From: Macrostomum lignano
Lineage: Eukaryota
DNA length: 64,000 nt
Reading direction: 5' to 3'
Assembly: GCA_002269645.1 (NCBI GenBank)
Contig: NIVC01004023.1
Location: forward strand, 1-64,000
Shown: positions 24,749-37,145 of the stretch, in pieces
Position numbering within the stretch: position 1 is the stretch's first letter
Layout: each line of letters opens with the position of its first letter
The notes under the pieces: model-generated
Databases searched by the model: none
Seen by the model: the letters and a program-made list of their open reading frames with translations, nothing else
What the model was told of the DNA's origin: nothing
Made by a program: the position numbers and the translations under genes

Positions 24749-27059
24749 TATATTTCCATTAAACTTATTTAAAGATAGTTTTTTGTATAATCATATTTAA
24801 ATTGCACTGAAAAACTTTCTTTTCTACTTTGTCAACAATGTTTTGCTTTTAATTTTTGTTTCTATGATTTATTAGAATAATTTTGTTATACATATTTCTA
24901 GTTGTTAAAATAAAATGCAATATCTTTAGATAATATAATTTTCAAAGACAATTTTCTAGAAAGAAAACATATTAAATAGAGATAGGAAAATTTTTTTATC
25001 TTATATAATATATAATCATACATGCGCAACTGCTGGCCGACCTGGCCACTGTAAATTTTGGTGGACCAATGGTAAGTCGCAAAAATGCCCAGCCTAAATA
25101 GATGTACTAATTAGATAATGAGGCATTTAGCCCTTATAAGACAGTTATAGTTACTCCTGCTGTTTACCCAAAATTGCATTAGGGTTTCTTTTATAGGTAA
25201 GTTGCATTTTTGGTCAAGAAGTAAGTTGCATGGCCAGTGTAAATCAGGGGGGTTGTGCATGTATGTATATAATCAATGATTACATTTCATTTTAGACAAT
25301 AAAAATGACTACTTTTTATTTATAATATATAGGCCCTTAATAGGCCCTATATTTTTGGCTTAATATATTCTAGGCCAAGTTGATATAAATTTTGCAAGTT
25401 TTTTTAATTAAACCTTCTCTTTGTTTTAAAGTTTTTATTGGGCTTATTTATATTTACTAATATATTTTTTGCCAAAATGTCACAGCCATTTTCCAAGTAG
25501 ATTTAAATTTAATGAAATATTTTAATAATAGATAAAATTAAATAAAAAAGAACTTTTATCACCCAGGGTAGGTCTAAAATCTAATGCAATATATAGGGGG
25601 TCTAGGCTTTTATATTAACATTGGCCTTGCCTTTTCTTTATTATTTTTTTAGCCTATAATTATTTAATATTGTTAGGCTTTTAATAATAATTAAATATAT
25701 AAAATAAGTTTGAAATAAGATATAGAACTGGACCTATACCAACAATAAAAGTTGAGTTATTCAATAATATATATTTTAAAAGTTTTTAGTTTAAATTCTT
25801 AAGACTAGGGGGCTTTTCACATTGCCCATTCTAGAACCATAATCAATTTGGATCTTCCAAGAAAAAAAAACTATATAACTATTTAACTTTGCTGAATATT
25901 TGACTACTTTAACAGCTTCACTTTGCACAATTTTTCACTTTATTCTTGGCTATTACCATTCAATAATTATAATCACAACTTTAAGCACTTATATCCTTCT
26001 AGTTTAAGGAACAAAAAGTTATACTTTACAAATTGGATCTAGTTCTAAAACTAGAATAAGCAATATAAATAGGCTTTAGATAGGCTATTTTAGTTTTGAA
26101 GTTTATAATATCATGACTCATGAGCCCTGAGCAGTACTCCTAGACCTAGAAAAATAACAATGTTATAGGCCTAAGGTCAAAGCAAATTTTTGCCAAAGTA
26201 TTAAAAAAAGTTTTACCCTTTATCTTTAGGTCTTCTTTTATGAATGAGCCTAAGATCCTTAATTTATTAAGGCTTTTATTTACATTTAAACTGAAATATT
26301 AGGCCTAGACAGCAAGCTTATTTTTTACTCTTAAATGTTTACCATAGTTATAAATAGGCCCTGTCCCTAGGCCTACCTAATTTCAAACTTAAGTCTAAGA
26401 ATGAAACAAAGTAGGCTCTAGAAAAAAAATAATTTTTAAGATAGCTTTCTAATTCATTTAAGTGTCTATTTTGTCTCTTGACTTTTACATTTAGGTCCTA
26501 TAAGAAAAAAAGGTAGAATAAAGACAAAGTTAGGTGTGTAGGCCTATAAAGGACAAATACAAAGTAGGCCCCTATAGTAAAATAAAGACAAACAACTCTT
26601 GCTAGAGTTGCACGCTCAATCAATACAATGAATAGGTCTTAGATAAAGCTTAAATCAACATTAAACGCGAAAAAAAGTGTTTCTTTCAACCCACAATGCC
26701 AGTAGGCCTTAGACTAGGGCCTAAGGGTATGGGTAAGGCTTAGTCAGGGTATATTTGATCGATGAAACAAACGAAAGCTCAATGTAAACGACTGTAGTCA
26801 GAAGTTATCAAATCAATAAGGAAGAAATAAAAAATAGCATTACAAGAGGGAGGTGAGTGAGCGGGATGGGGGCTGGGGAGCGAGAGGGAAACCAAAGATT
26901 TACTCTCTAGGCCTAACTCATAACTGTCCAAATTTCTATGTATTTTTTTATAATTAAGTGTGCATACATTTAACTCCAAACCGACCAAACAGCACATAGA
27001 CTAAATATCTACTACATTCTAAAACATAATTTTCAAGTCAAAATTCCAGCTTTTAGGCG

Positions 27060-27975
27060 CCAGGCACGTATTAAACATTCGCCGACACTTGTTCAGACAC
27101 TTCTACAGACACTTTAGTTTCTGTCGTACGAATCTTTTTTTTAGGAACAAGCATTAAATTTGTTTATTCCTAACAAACTATCAGTTTTAAAATGCTTTAT
27201 TTTAAGCTTTTTTGCTTTATTTTATGTAAAGTATTTTTATGTATCAATTAAATCTCCGCACTTTTTATGATGTGTCCGACATTCTTGAATATTATTTAGT
27301 TAGTATTTATTCAGTAGTGAGTTTCTATTTCCGCGATTCTTACTGTACGTACTTTACTACTATTGTTTTACTGTATGCTAATTCCTATCGTATTTCAAAC
27401 GCGAATGCGCTGTGTTTTGAGTGTTAGTTCTCCTGTGCGCCGTAGTAGTTGTAGTCGTAGGGTTTCATAGCCGTTCCAGAGTTCCAGTCGACCCAGTTTT
27501 TAATTCAATAATAGATATAGACATTATTTAGAATAATCTTAATTACTTTGACTACATAGATTGTTCAGATACGAATACAAATATATAAATGAAATGAATT
27601 AAGGCGCATTGCATCCACAAGCCAAGAACGCATTCGCATTCGTTCATTCATCTGTCATCACAACGAAAATAAGGCGATTCTTTGAATTCTTGGACTTCAA
27701 GAAACTTATTTTACATTTATTAAAAATGATTTAGGAAGTGTCCTGGACAAATTTAACATTCTTCTTTACGTGAAGAGAATCTATGCAGAATAACAAATTT
27801 CATGATTCATATTTAATAAAATAAAGCAAAAAAAGCTTAAAATAAAGCATTTTACTGATAGTTTGTTAGAAATAAACAAATTTAATGCTTGTTCCTACGA
27901 TTCGTACGACAGAAACTAAAGTGTCTGTAGAAGTGTCTGAATATAAGTGTCGGCGAATGTTTAATACGTGCCTGG
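27060..27975. mobile_element. non-autonomous element with ~165-bp terminal inverted repeats (MITE/foldback-like)
   Basis: 27060-27225 is the near-perfect reverse complement of 27814-27975 (CCAGGCACGTATTAAACATTCGCCGACAC...); no TSD found; no coding capacity. Confidence 0.8.
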
Positions 27976-29028
27976 TGGGAGGATGGGGCCCGCGGGCATT
28001 CTTGTCGGAAAAAAGAAATGTTTAGATTTATTCTTAAGGAGTGCATTTAAAACAAATATTTTGTAAATATTTTTCTTCCAATGCACAGGACGTCAGAATG
28101 AATTTCCTGTAATTTTATCGCCTAAAATGATTTGATAGCGTATGATTTTGTGCAGAAAAGTAGCGCGATAATTTTTTACTTTATATTCTCAGCGGCTTCA
28201 TAATCTTTTGCAGCTAAAAACACTCTTTTGATTCGATAGTTCTGTGTTCAAGCTGTACCTGATCAAAAATGATTAATTAATCAAGCCAGAACTCTGAGAG
28301 GCAGGTTCTTCTTGACACCATCTTCGAACTCTTGGTTCCCCGTTCGGGAACAAAGCACGACAGTCTTATTTTATGAACCTCGGGGCCCTCCTGATCAATC
28401 CTCTCACCCGCCATAGCAGGTTGAGAATGTATATTGATGGGGGGCTGAAAAATTCGGGCACAGATTGAATGAGTTTAAAAAATGCATGACTCTACGTCTC
28501 AAATGCTTTTTACGTCATACAGCAATTCGCTGTCAACAACCCATTGCACGATTATTCGCCGCCTCCTCCTTGGATTTTTCAGGACAAATATCATTTTTCT
28601 GAAAAAAATGGATTTCTCGATAAATAGTAAAGGTTTTAGTCGTCTCTAGCACGTGTACGATGCATTTCCAGGTTGGATGTGGTCGGGGGTCAAAATTCCC
28701 TACATGTATTATTAAACCTTAGCATGATCTCGGGCGACGATCCTCTAGCTCCACATGCAAGCTGGTGTACTGTTTTGGTATGCAAACGAGCTCCTGGGCG
28801 CAGCAGGGATTGCAATTAGCGCAGGCGCAAATGCAGAATCGTACTCAGGGTCGCAAACGTAGAGTCTTTCAAACACAGAGTCGCAAATTAGGGGTCGCAA
28901 AGTGCAGAGTCGCAAATGTACAGTAAAGTTAAAAAGTTCAGGGTCACATACGCGGGATCTCAAAAACTTAGGGATAAACGCTTTTTAGTCTAAAAAAGAA
29001 CGCAAAGATATAAAGTTCGCGCTTATCT

Positions 29029-30018
29029 ACAACAACAACAGAATACGCGTTAAGCGTCACAGGGCACGCCTCAAGGCCAGTTCGCGAATGAACGTCACGC
29101 CGCCGGCCGAATCCGGGGCGCCGGCGTCAGCCAGTAGGCAGTCGACGAAACGCCGAGTGCACGCCTGCCCCCGCCGGTAGCGTGCCTGCAGTGTCAGCAG
29201 CAGCACCTGCACCGGCTGAGAGCAGTACGACTCGGCGCGGATGATGTGGCCTGCCAGCTGGAGTCGCCAACAGGTTGCTTGGACAGACCAGGCCGGCGCG
29301 GTGATACAAAGCCGCGTTGGTCACTCGCTCGTAGCCGATCTTAAAGGCGGCGCGCAGCAGGCCAGCATGCACCCCGTCAACTTGTTGCTCGACGACTCGT
29401 CAGCGTCCAGGTCTCGGCGTTGTACAGCAGAACGGTCTCGATCACCGCCTAGAACAACGCCGCCCTCTGGCGGTCAGGTAACGCCTCGGACTGCAGGACT
29501 GCCCTCACAGAACGAAAGGCAGCCCAGGCAAGCCCGCGGCGACGCCGCAAATCCTCGTGAACGCCGGGAACCAGACCGCGGAGGTAGACGAACTGCTGAC
29601 AACGCAGAAGTTTTGTCGCCTGTCCATCAGCGCCTCGGTACAAAATCGCAGCCTCGATGTCGTCCGGCACACAGAGCACGCCAGTCTTCTGCGTGTTAAC
29701 CACCAGGCCGACACTCGCCGCAACAGCAACTAGCTTGTCCAGTTGTCGCTGGGCGCCCTCGACAGTTAAGGAGAGCAGGGCGAGATCGTCGGCGTAGCCA
29801 AGCACACTGAGTCGCCTCTCCGGTTGACGTCGACCCACGCGTCGCAGCAACAGAAAGCCGTCGTAGTTGGTAGGAAGAGCGGTCCGCAGCACCCAGTCAA
29901 GCACCAGAACGAACAGGAATGGCGCAAGCGTATCTCCCTGAAGCACCCCGGAGGATGTCTCAACCGATAGGCCGTCCGGTGTTGAAAAAGCAGCTTTCGT
30001 ATCACGGTACGTCGCCAT
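29029..30018 (-). mobile_element. 5'-truncated, frameshifted non-LTR retrotransposon (RT C-half, RTE-like) with (TTG)n tail
   Basis: GVLQGDTLAPFLF, GYADDLALL and VNTQKT RT motifs; frameshifted continuation (ETVLLYNAETWTL, QLAGHIIR); ends in TGTTGTTGTTG at ~29030. Confidence 0.88.
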
Positions 30019-30156
30019 GATGGCGAAATCAGCTGCTCTGGCACGTTGTACGCACGGAGCACCTTTGGGAGCGCAGACCCGAATCGGGATACCGGCTGAG
30101 TCCGGGTCCTCTTGCGCCTTGTGCCCCTTTCCCGACCCCTTGGCCTGGCCTCCAAT

Positions 30157-31430
30157 TAGGGGTGTTCGGGGTTTGGGGTTAGGTCGGGGTTCGGGTCGGG
30201 ATTAGGGGTCGGGGTTCGGGGTCCCGATGAATGTTCGGGATGGGGTTCAGGGTTCCCGATAAATGTTCGGGATCGGGATTCGGGACGGGATTTTGGACCG
30301 GGATTTCGGGGTTTTCGGGGTTTCGCAAATTTTCTGCATTCCCATAGAACTACGAAAAAATCCTTATGAATTAGAATTAGCTTTTTTCGTTTTTAACGTG
30401 AGGTCATGTGGAGCCTTGAGCAGGAGCTTTCTGAGCAAGATGCCGCAGCTGCTGCCAGAAGCGCAAATACAATGGCCGCTACCGAGGAGATGCACGATAA
30501 TGTCATTTTGGGTACTGAAGAGAGCTCTGGATGCAAGTTTTTGCAGTTCTGCAGATTATCTGGAATTACCACTCAGGAGTGCAATGCGACTGCGAGTGCA
30601 TCGAACTCCGGCGCCAGAGGAGACGCGAGGAAGAAGGAAGCGAGGCGCAGAGCAGCTGATCAGCTTTCTCTGTACAGGAGTCTAGCGCAGCAGAATTTTC
30701 AGGTAGCAGTCAGCGAATTCTGGAAGCAGAACTCCGCTAATCTTCCAGAACTGGCAGAGCTCGCTAAGCTTCACCTCACTGCCCCAGCATCATCTGTCCC
30801 AACAGAGTGCGCCTTCAGTGCTGCCGGTTTTCTAAAGCGCAAGGAACGCTGCATCCTTTCCAGCTCATCGCTCAGCAAGTTAATGTTCTTGCGAGATAAA
30901 TTCGATTAGCTGTATGCCATATTCGTTGAGCCAGAGACTGTAAAGTGACTCGCGTTCTATTCTATTATCACTTGGTAGTCTGATCATTCAGATTAGATGA
31001 CATGAGAATTCAGATTATTTTAGTGTTTACTAGCGTCAACGTGCATCAATGGCAATGCCAACAAAGACTAAGTAAACGAGATTAAGAAAAAGAGAGATTG
31101 ATTCTTGATTGATAAGATAGCTTCCATCTCTGCAGAGAAAGAGGCACATGATGTTTCACACATCAAAAGAAATGCAACCTGCCTAAAATTAATTTCACAT
31201 TAACTTTAAGTTGAACTGAAACAGGCTAATAGTCGTAAGAAGCCGTCAATACCACTTTTATTTCATGCTATTGCTTACTTCGGGGTTATCGGGGTTCGGG
31301 GTCGGTATTAGGGTTCGGGACGGGGTTCGGGTTCCCGATAAATGTTCGGGACGGGGTTCGGGATTCCCGAAAGATGTTCGGGATCGGGGTTAACCCGAAC
31401 CCCGAAAAAATGCCATCCCGAACACCCCTA
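30157..31430 (+). mobile_element. hAT DNA transposon, internally deleted derivative (1274 bp)
   Basis: Perfect 14-bp TIR TAGGGGTGTTCGGG / CCCGAACACCCCTA; identical 8-bp TSD CCTCCAAT (30149-30156, 31431-31438); (TCGGG) subterminal repeats at both ends. Confidence 0.95.
30406..30909 (+). pseudogene. hAT transposase C-terminal dimerisation-domain remnant
   Basis: FWKQNSANLPELAELAKLHLTAPASSVPTECAFSAAGFLKRKERCILSSSSLSKLMFL matches the hAT dimerisation motif (W....P.L..LA...L..PASS...ER.FS..G....R..L). Confidence 0.9.
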
Positions 31431-32002
31431 CCTCCAATCTAAAGCTGGATAGGTGATACCCTTGTGGCTTGCAGCCCTATAAGAGGGTTTTGCTAGGTTT
31501 ACCTCTTGATAGGAGACTCGCCCTCGGAATCAAGCCTTCCAGCCAAATACCAAATTCCTAACTATTGCTTTTTCCGTAGACCTCTGGAATTTCCCCGCTC
31601 TCGGACCGCTCTAAGTAGCAAGCTAAGCTTTTCAAACCCTTTTTCGCGCGCACTCCCAAAGACTTCCCTGCTGGGTGGTGGCCTAAGTGGACTCGGTCCT
31701 AGCATCGTCCCTGATCCCACTTTTGGGTTGGCGGTGCCTTAGTCCATAGGCTTGGGTTAGTAGGCAGTTCACACCCAGCCCTAGCCACGACGTTAGGGTC
31801 TAACCAACTAGTGGGTATCTCGGGCTTAGGCCCCTGGAAGTGCCCATCAGCGGCAAAGCCCCTCTCAGGGCATCCGCGGGTAGCAACAGCTCCCACCCCG
31901 TTTAACAACAACAATAACGCAATTCTAACTGCATACAGACTAGTACAGGAACAGGACTAACCATACATGTATTAGTAGGTTCCGCGTATTCTGATGGGTT
32001 TC

Positions 32003-35000
32003 GACCTTCCGGCCCCCTTGTGGGGAAACCTTCGGGCCTCAGGTCTCAGAAATAAATCAATTAGAGTCCTGGCCCCCCACTCCTGTCAGATGGTCAGCCC
32101 CGTGGTAGCTTGATCGTGTGGCGAGCAGTCTAGGTCCTATAGCTAAGAGAGGGACAGCGAGAGACAAGCAGGGAGAATTTTGAAGGTAGAAATTAGTTAA
32201 TCCGCAGATTAGGTAACTCGCTGCCACCAGCCCGTGCGTCCTGGCTCACCAAACCGGGACTCTCGAAATCGGGCTTCCGACTAGAGGGGGCTTTGCACTT
32301 ACCTGCCAACTAGTGTCTTTTTGCTGTCAATCTCGAAGTCATAGCCGATGCCGAGGTACAGAGGGGACTTGTGCAGGGGATTCTTGCAGTGGCGAGACTA
32401 TGGGGTAGCTACATGTACTATTACATTGCTAAATACGAAAATATGTACTTTTGGCCGTCAACGCGCCAACTAGCCTCTCCTAGCGCTGATGATAGACTAA
32501 CTCGAACTTCAGAGACCGCATGATTCATTACCCGAGCCGCTTGGCTAACCTAGAGTGCACAAAGTACATCTCTGGCGCCGATTCTGCACTTCTGGCAGTT
32601 TTGCTCACTGATTTGGTAGTTTGATCGACTGAGAACTGCCTTGCCATTGGTCCACTGTGACCGGTGCCTACTAGCTTAGCTATTCATCTGAGCCATCGGC
32701 GAACAAAGAAATAAAACCGATAAAAATAACTGTTAGATTTAACCTTCTCCTTAGATCACTTCACATCTCAGATTGAATTGGAGTTCAGACTACTAGCAGT
32801 ATTATTGAATGATTTCTGCCTCGATTACAGCACTACTGAACAAAATGAGCAAAAGTGTGCGTCTAATCCAGCTACTGAAACAGGGGACAGATAAGGAATC
32901 ACCCAATCAAGCAAGTCTAGGCAGCCTCTCACCCAACCAATCAGAATTTCAACAGCCGGAGACTAGGTAATCCACAGTGACCGAATCGGCTTAGTGCTTC
33001 GCAGCTGTAGGCCCGGATGATGCTAATTAGACCGAGTGTTCTCAAAGTGGGGGGCTTGTTAAATGTGACGATTGTTCAGGGTTTTTTAGTCTGTTGTCTG
33101 CTGCGGCGTCGCAATCTTCGCTGATGGCTAGCAGGTGATGGATGATCTTTAACCTTGATGTTCGCTGCTGACGACCGGGGGAATTCGTCCTTGATGGTGA
33201 TGGGGGGTGTCGCGATCCGGGGATCAAGAAACGTCGGTCAATTCCTGGCCGGTGGAGCCAAGGGTGGCACCCGGTCGCAAGAAGGTTTGCAGGGGTAGCA
33301 CCCGAATGCAGTCCGAGCGGGCCGAAAACACCGGTTTAAATAGCCACCAACTGGACCGCAGTTTGTTATAATGAGACACCTCGATTCTGATTGGCTGAGC
33401 CGATTTGTTAAAATGAGCGTCGAATTTTCTGATTGGCTAAGCTTGTTGCTACCAGAATCACGTGACCGGGAGATCCTATCAGTTCCCTCGGGGTCGTAAA
33501 AACATGACAGGTGCGGCCATAAATCAATCAAAATCGCAACAATATGATTTATGACTTTTCGCGTAGAATTGACAGAAATTAATTAAAAAAACATACATTA
33601 GAAAGCTCTTATTAAATAGAAAGTGAAGATAATGAAGAGAAATTGCTAATCGCTAATCCCAAAGTACTTTTAGGGGTAAAACGCATAGCTGTCAAAGCTG
33701 TCACACGCTTGAGTGAACACGAACAATAGGCTCTGACCTCATAAATCTTGATGGCCTGTCAAAATGATGAGAAAAAAGCTACCGCCCGCATCCTCTCAGA
33801 CCATCTGGCGCCCGTCTCAACACTGAGTGAGGCGCAGGTGGCTGTCAGACCAGCTTCGAAAGCAATGATTTATGACCCAAAAAGCTGCGTATGTTATTAT
33901 GACTACTAGTATGACCAAACATTATATCTAGTATAGATTCTATGACAATTCGCAGAAAACGGATAAAAATGCCCATTGCCCACTGTTAGTAGGCAAGTAA
34001 GTTTAGAGCCCATGTGCTAGCGCGGGATTTGGAAAAAAGTGCGTCCTCATCACTAATGTATATTTTTTCATTAGTCTTTGTCAATTCTACGCGGAAAGTC
34101 ATAAATCATTTTGTTGCGATTTTGATTGATTTATGGCCGCACCCGTCATATTTTTACGACCCTGAGGGAACTGATGGGATCTCCCGGTCACGTGAATTTG
34201 GGTGGCAACAAGCTCAGCCAATCAGAAAATTCGACGTGCGTTATTACAAATCGGCTCAGCCAATCAGAATCGAGGTGTTCCATTATAACAAATTGCGGTC
34301 CAGTTGGCGGCTATTTAAACCGGCGTTTTTGGCCCGCTCGGAGCTCAACTGGCTGGAATTCGGCTCCACCTCCTAGGACTTTGGCCTAACGGAGCCCGAC
34401 CGTCGTCTCTTGATCCCCGGATCGCGACACCCCCCATCACCATCAAGGACGAATTCCCCCGGTCGTCAACAGCGAACATCAAGGTTAAAGATCATCACCT
34501 GCTAGCTATCTGCGAAGTTTGTGACAGCATCATCCCGGGCCTACAACTGCGAAGCACTAAGCCGATTCGGTCACTGTGGATTACCTGGTCTCCGGCTGTT
34601 GAAATTCTGATTGGTTGGGTGAGAGGCTGCCTAGACTTGCTTGATTGGGTGATTCCTTATCTGTCCCCTGTTTCAGTAGCTGGATTAGGCGCACACTTTT
34701 GCTCATTTTGTTCAGTAGTGCTGTAATCGAGGCAGAAATCATTCAATAATACTGCTAGTAGTCTGAACTCCAATTCAATCTGAGATGTGAAGTGATCTAA
34801 GGAGAAGGTTAAAATCTAACAGTTATTTTTATCGGTTTATTTCTTTGTTCGCCGATGGCTCAGATGAATAGCTAAGCTAGTAGGCACCGGTCACAGTGGA
34901 CCAATGGCAAGGCAGTTCTCAGTCGATCAGTCTATCAAATCAGTTAGCGAAATTGCCAATAGTGCAGAATCGGCGCCAGAGATGTACTTTGTGCACTCTA

Positions 35001-35586
35001 GGTTAGCCAAGCGGCTCGGGTAAAGTATCATGCGGTCTCTGAAGTTCGAGTTAGCCTATCATCAGCGCTAGGAGAGGCTGGTTGGCGCATTGAAGGCCAA
35101 AAGTACAATTCCTCGTATTTAGCAATGTAATAGTACATGTAGCTACCCCATAGTCTCCCCACTACAAGAATCCCCTGCACAAGTCCCCTCTGTACCTGCA
35201 TGGCCAATGCGATCAAGTCCCAGCAGTGTCCTTCTTATCATCGGCTATGACTTCGAGATTGACAGCAAAAAGACACTAGTTGGCAGGTAAGGCTAAGCCC
35301 CCTCTAGTCGGAAGCCCGATTTCGAGAGTCCCGGTTTGGTGAGCCAGGACGCACGGGCTGGTGGCAGCGAGTTAGCTTAGTCTGCGGATTAGTTGATCTC
35401 TACCTTCGAAATTCTCCCTGCTTGTCTCTCGCTGTCCCTCTCTTAGCTATAGGACCTAGACTGCTCGCCACAAGATTAAGCTACCATGGGGCTGACCATC
35501 TGACAGGAGTGGGGGGCCAGGACTCTAATTGATTTATTTCTGAGACCTGAGGCCCGAAGGCTTCCCCCCCCAGGGGGCCGAAAGAT
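32003..35586. repeat. large imperfect inverted repeat: arms ~32003-33601 and ~34052-35586, ~450-bp spacer
   Basis: The arms align as reverse complements along their whole length, with scattered substitutions and two larger indels (~33025-33105 extra in the left arm; ~35198-35240 extra in the right arm). Confidence 0.92.
34189..34319 (+). promoter_or_regulatory. Pol II promoter-like module CACGTG - CCAAT - CCAAT - TATTTAAA (mirror copy at 33335-33464 on the - strand)
   Basis: CACGTG 34189-34194, CCAAT 34218-34222 and 34260-34264, TATTTAAA 34312-34319; all motifs are conserved in the other arm. Confidence 0.5.
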
Positions 35587-36639
35587 CATAAGCTTGAAAT
35601 ATAAAAATCCAAAGTACATAATATATTTCAAAGTAATAAAAGTAACCAAATTAATGCATGATAAAATGTATCATATAGCTATATTTTAATATATCTTTAT
35701 AATTAACTATCTAGATATAAGTCATATAAAGCAAAGTAATTCATAAAACAAGTGTTGCATGCTCCAGATTACATGCAGTTGGCTTAAATCTAACTAATGT
35801 TGACACGAAACAGATACTGAGTATGCTTTAACTATTGAAAAGAATGGTTCTACTGTAACGATAGGAAACAGATAATTAAATAAAATACTAACATAATAAA
35901 CAGAAGCATGCGAACGCGTTACATACTAGTATGCGTTGTGCACACGCATGGTGCACGCTGTTCGCTTTACTGGAGATTTGAATAATTAACCATTATTTTT
36001 AATTTGCTTTGAGCAAAGTATCGCGTCTAAAACGCACTAAATACACTAGCGTACGAGTATAATAACGCGCGTAATACGCGTGTTTTACGCGCTGTGTATG
36101 ACATTACGCTCCAAATGTGCGCGTAATTCGCGCGTACCTGTTGATTGAGTTTGTTAATGTCACAGTGTAATGTTCAGATTTTTTTCTAAATTTTGACTCT
36201 TCAGCCTCTTGGCTTACTGTCGCATGTTGTGAGTTGTGAGAGGAGAAATTAGAAAACGAGAAAAATAGACGAATGAAGATTTATCTCGTAAAAACAGATA
36301 ACCTAGCTAGAAACATTTCGCCATAATATAGCATAAACGTAACGTCTGTGCATACTAAGAGTGGTGGCTGTGGCTGACTGACGAAGGCAAATAAGCCAGA
36401 AACAGATCTCCGTCTGCAAATGTCGGAGCGGAGAGAACAGGTTTGGCCCGAAGTGAATGAGCCTGGCCCAGGTGAAGACCGGGAAATGGCAGATAAAGTG
36501 CTCATCATTTTCATTTCCCGAGCGACAGAAGGGGCACAGCTCCTTCGGTTACCTGGCCCTGAAGGAAGCGTTGGCGAGAGCAGCAGCCATGCCCGGAGAG
36601 GGCCATGCTGACTGCTCTGAGGTCTCTGCGGCTGAGCCT

Positions 36640-37145
36640 GAGCCAGCAATTATATGAGTGTCGTACCACCTGCGGAGATGTCCGGAGTCAGCCCAGCGCT
36701 TGACGCGGGCCCTGAGATCGGCCTCAAAAGGCGGAGCCAGCCTTGGCCAGCAGGTCAGTGCACTCGTTGCCGAGGAAACCAGCGTGCCCCTGGATCCATT
36801 AGAGCTCCACCTGACTGCCTAGCGCGAGTCCATTGAGCTGGGAATTGCAGTCCAGGACAGATTTGGAGCCGGTGGTGCTTTGGCAGAGTGCCCGAAGGGC
36901 TGCTTGGCTGTCGGAGTAAAAAATAACTTTCCAACAAACTAAGGTAAGGCTGATGGGCCTGAAGGCCTTCACCGATTGGTACATGTAGTCGCTCTTTCCA
37001 GGCTTGGCTCTTTTCAGGTCAGCCCAGTTCCATGCAAGTTCGGAGGTGCCGACAGAGGAGGTCCGAGAAGCGGTGGTTTTTCACCGCCACGTGCAAGAAC
37101 GCTGGCTAGATGCCGTCGGGCCCAGGCGCCTTGAACGGATTTAAA
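36640..37145 (-). mobile_element. degenerate LINE remnant with internal deletion (start of RT joined to RNase H)
   Basis: PFKAPGPDGI*PAFL...CMELG and KPGKSDY...KAFRPISLT run directly into IFYSDSQAALRAL...EL*WIQGHAGFLGNECTDLLAK; contains stops. Same motif types as the LINE at 46531. Confidence 0.85.

Noticed and set aside
28780-28960. Clustered (G/A)GTCGCAAA motifs as subterminal repeats of a DNA transposon
   Set aside because: No TIR pair or TSD found.
35028-35216. Small ORF conserved in both arms of the inverted repeat (VQRGLVQGIL...RTSETA)
   Set aside because: Differences between the arms are mostly nonsynonymous and the left copy lacks the ATG segment; no sign of coding constraint.
35900-36140. 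ACGCG-rich short palindromes as a Helitron end or MITE
   Set aside because: No defined termini (no hairpin + CTRR, no TIR/TSD).
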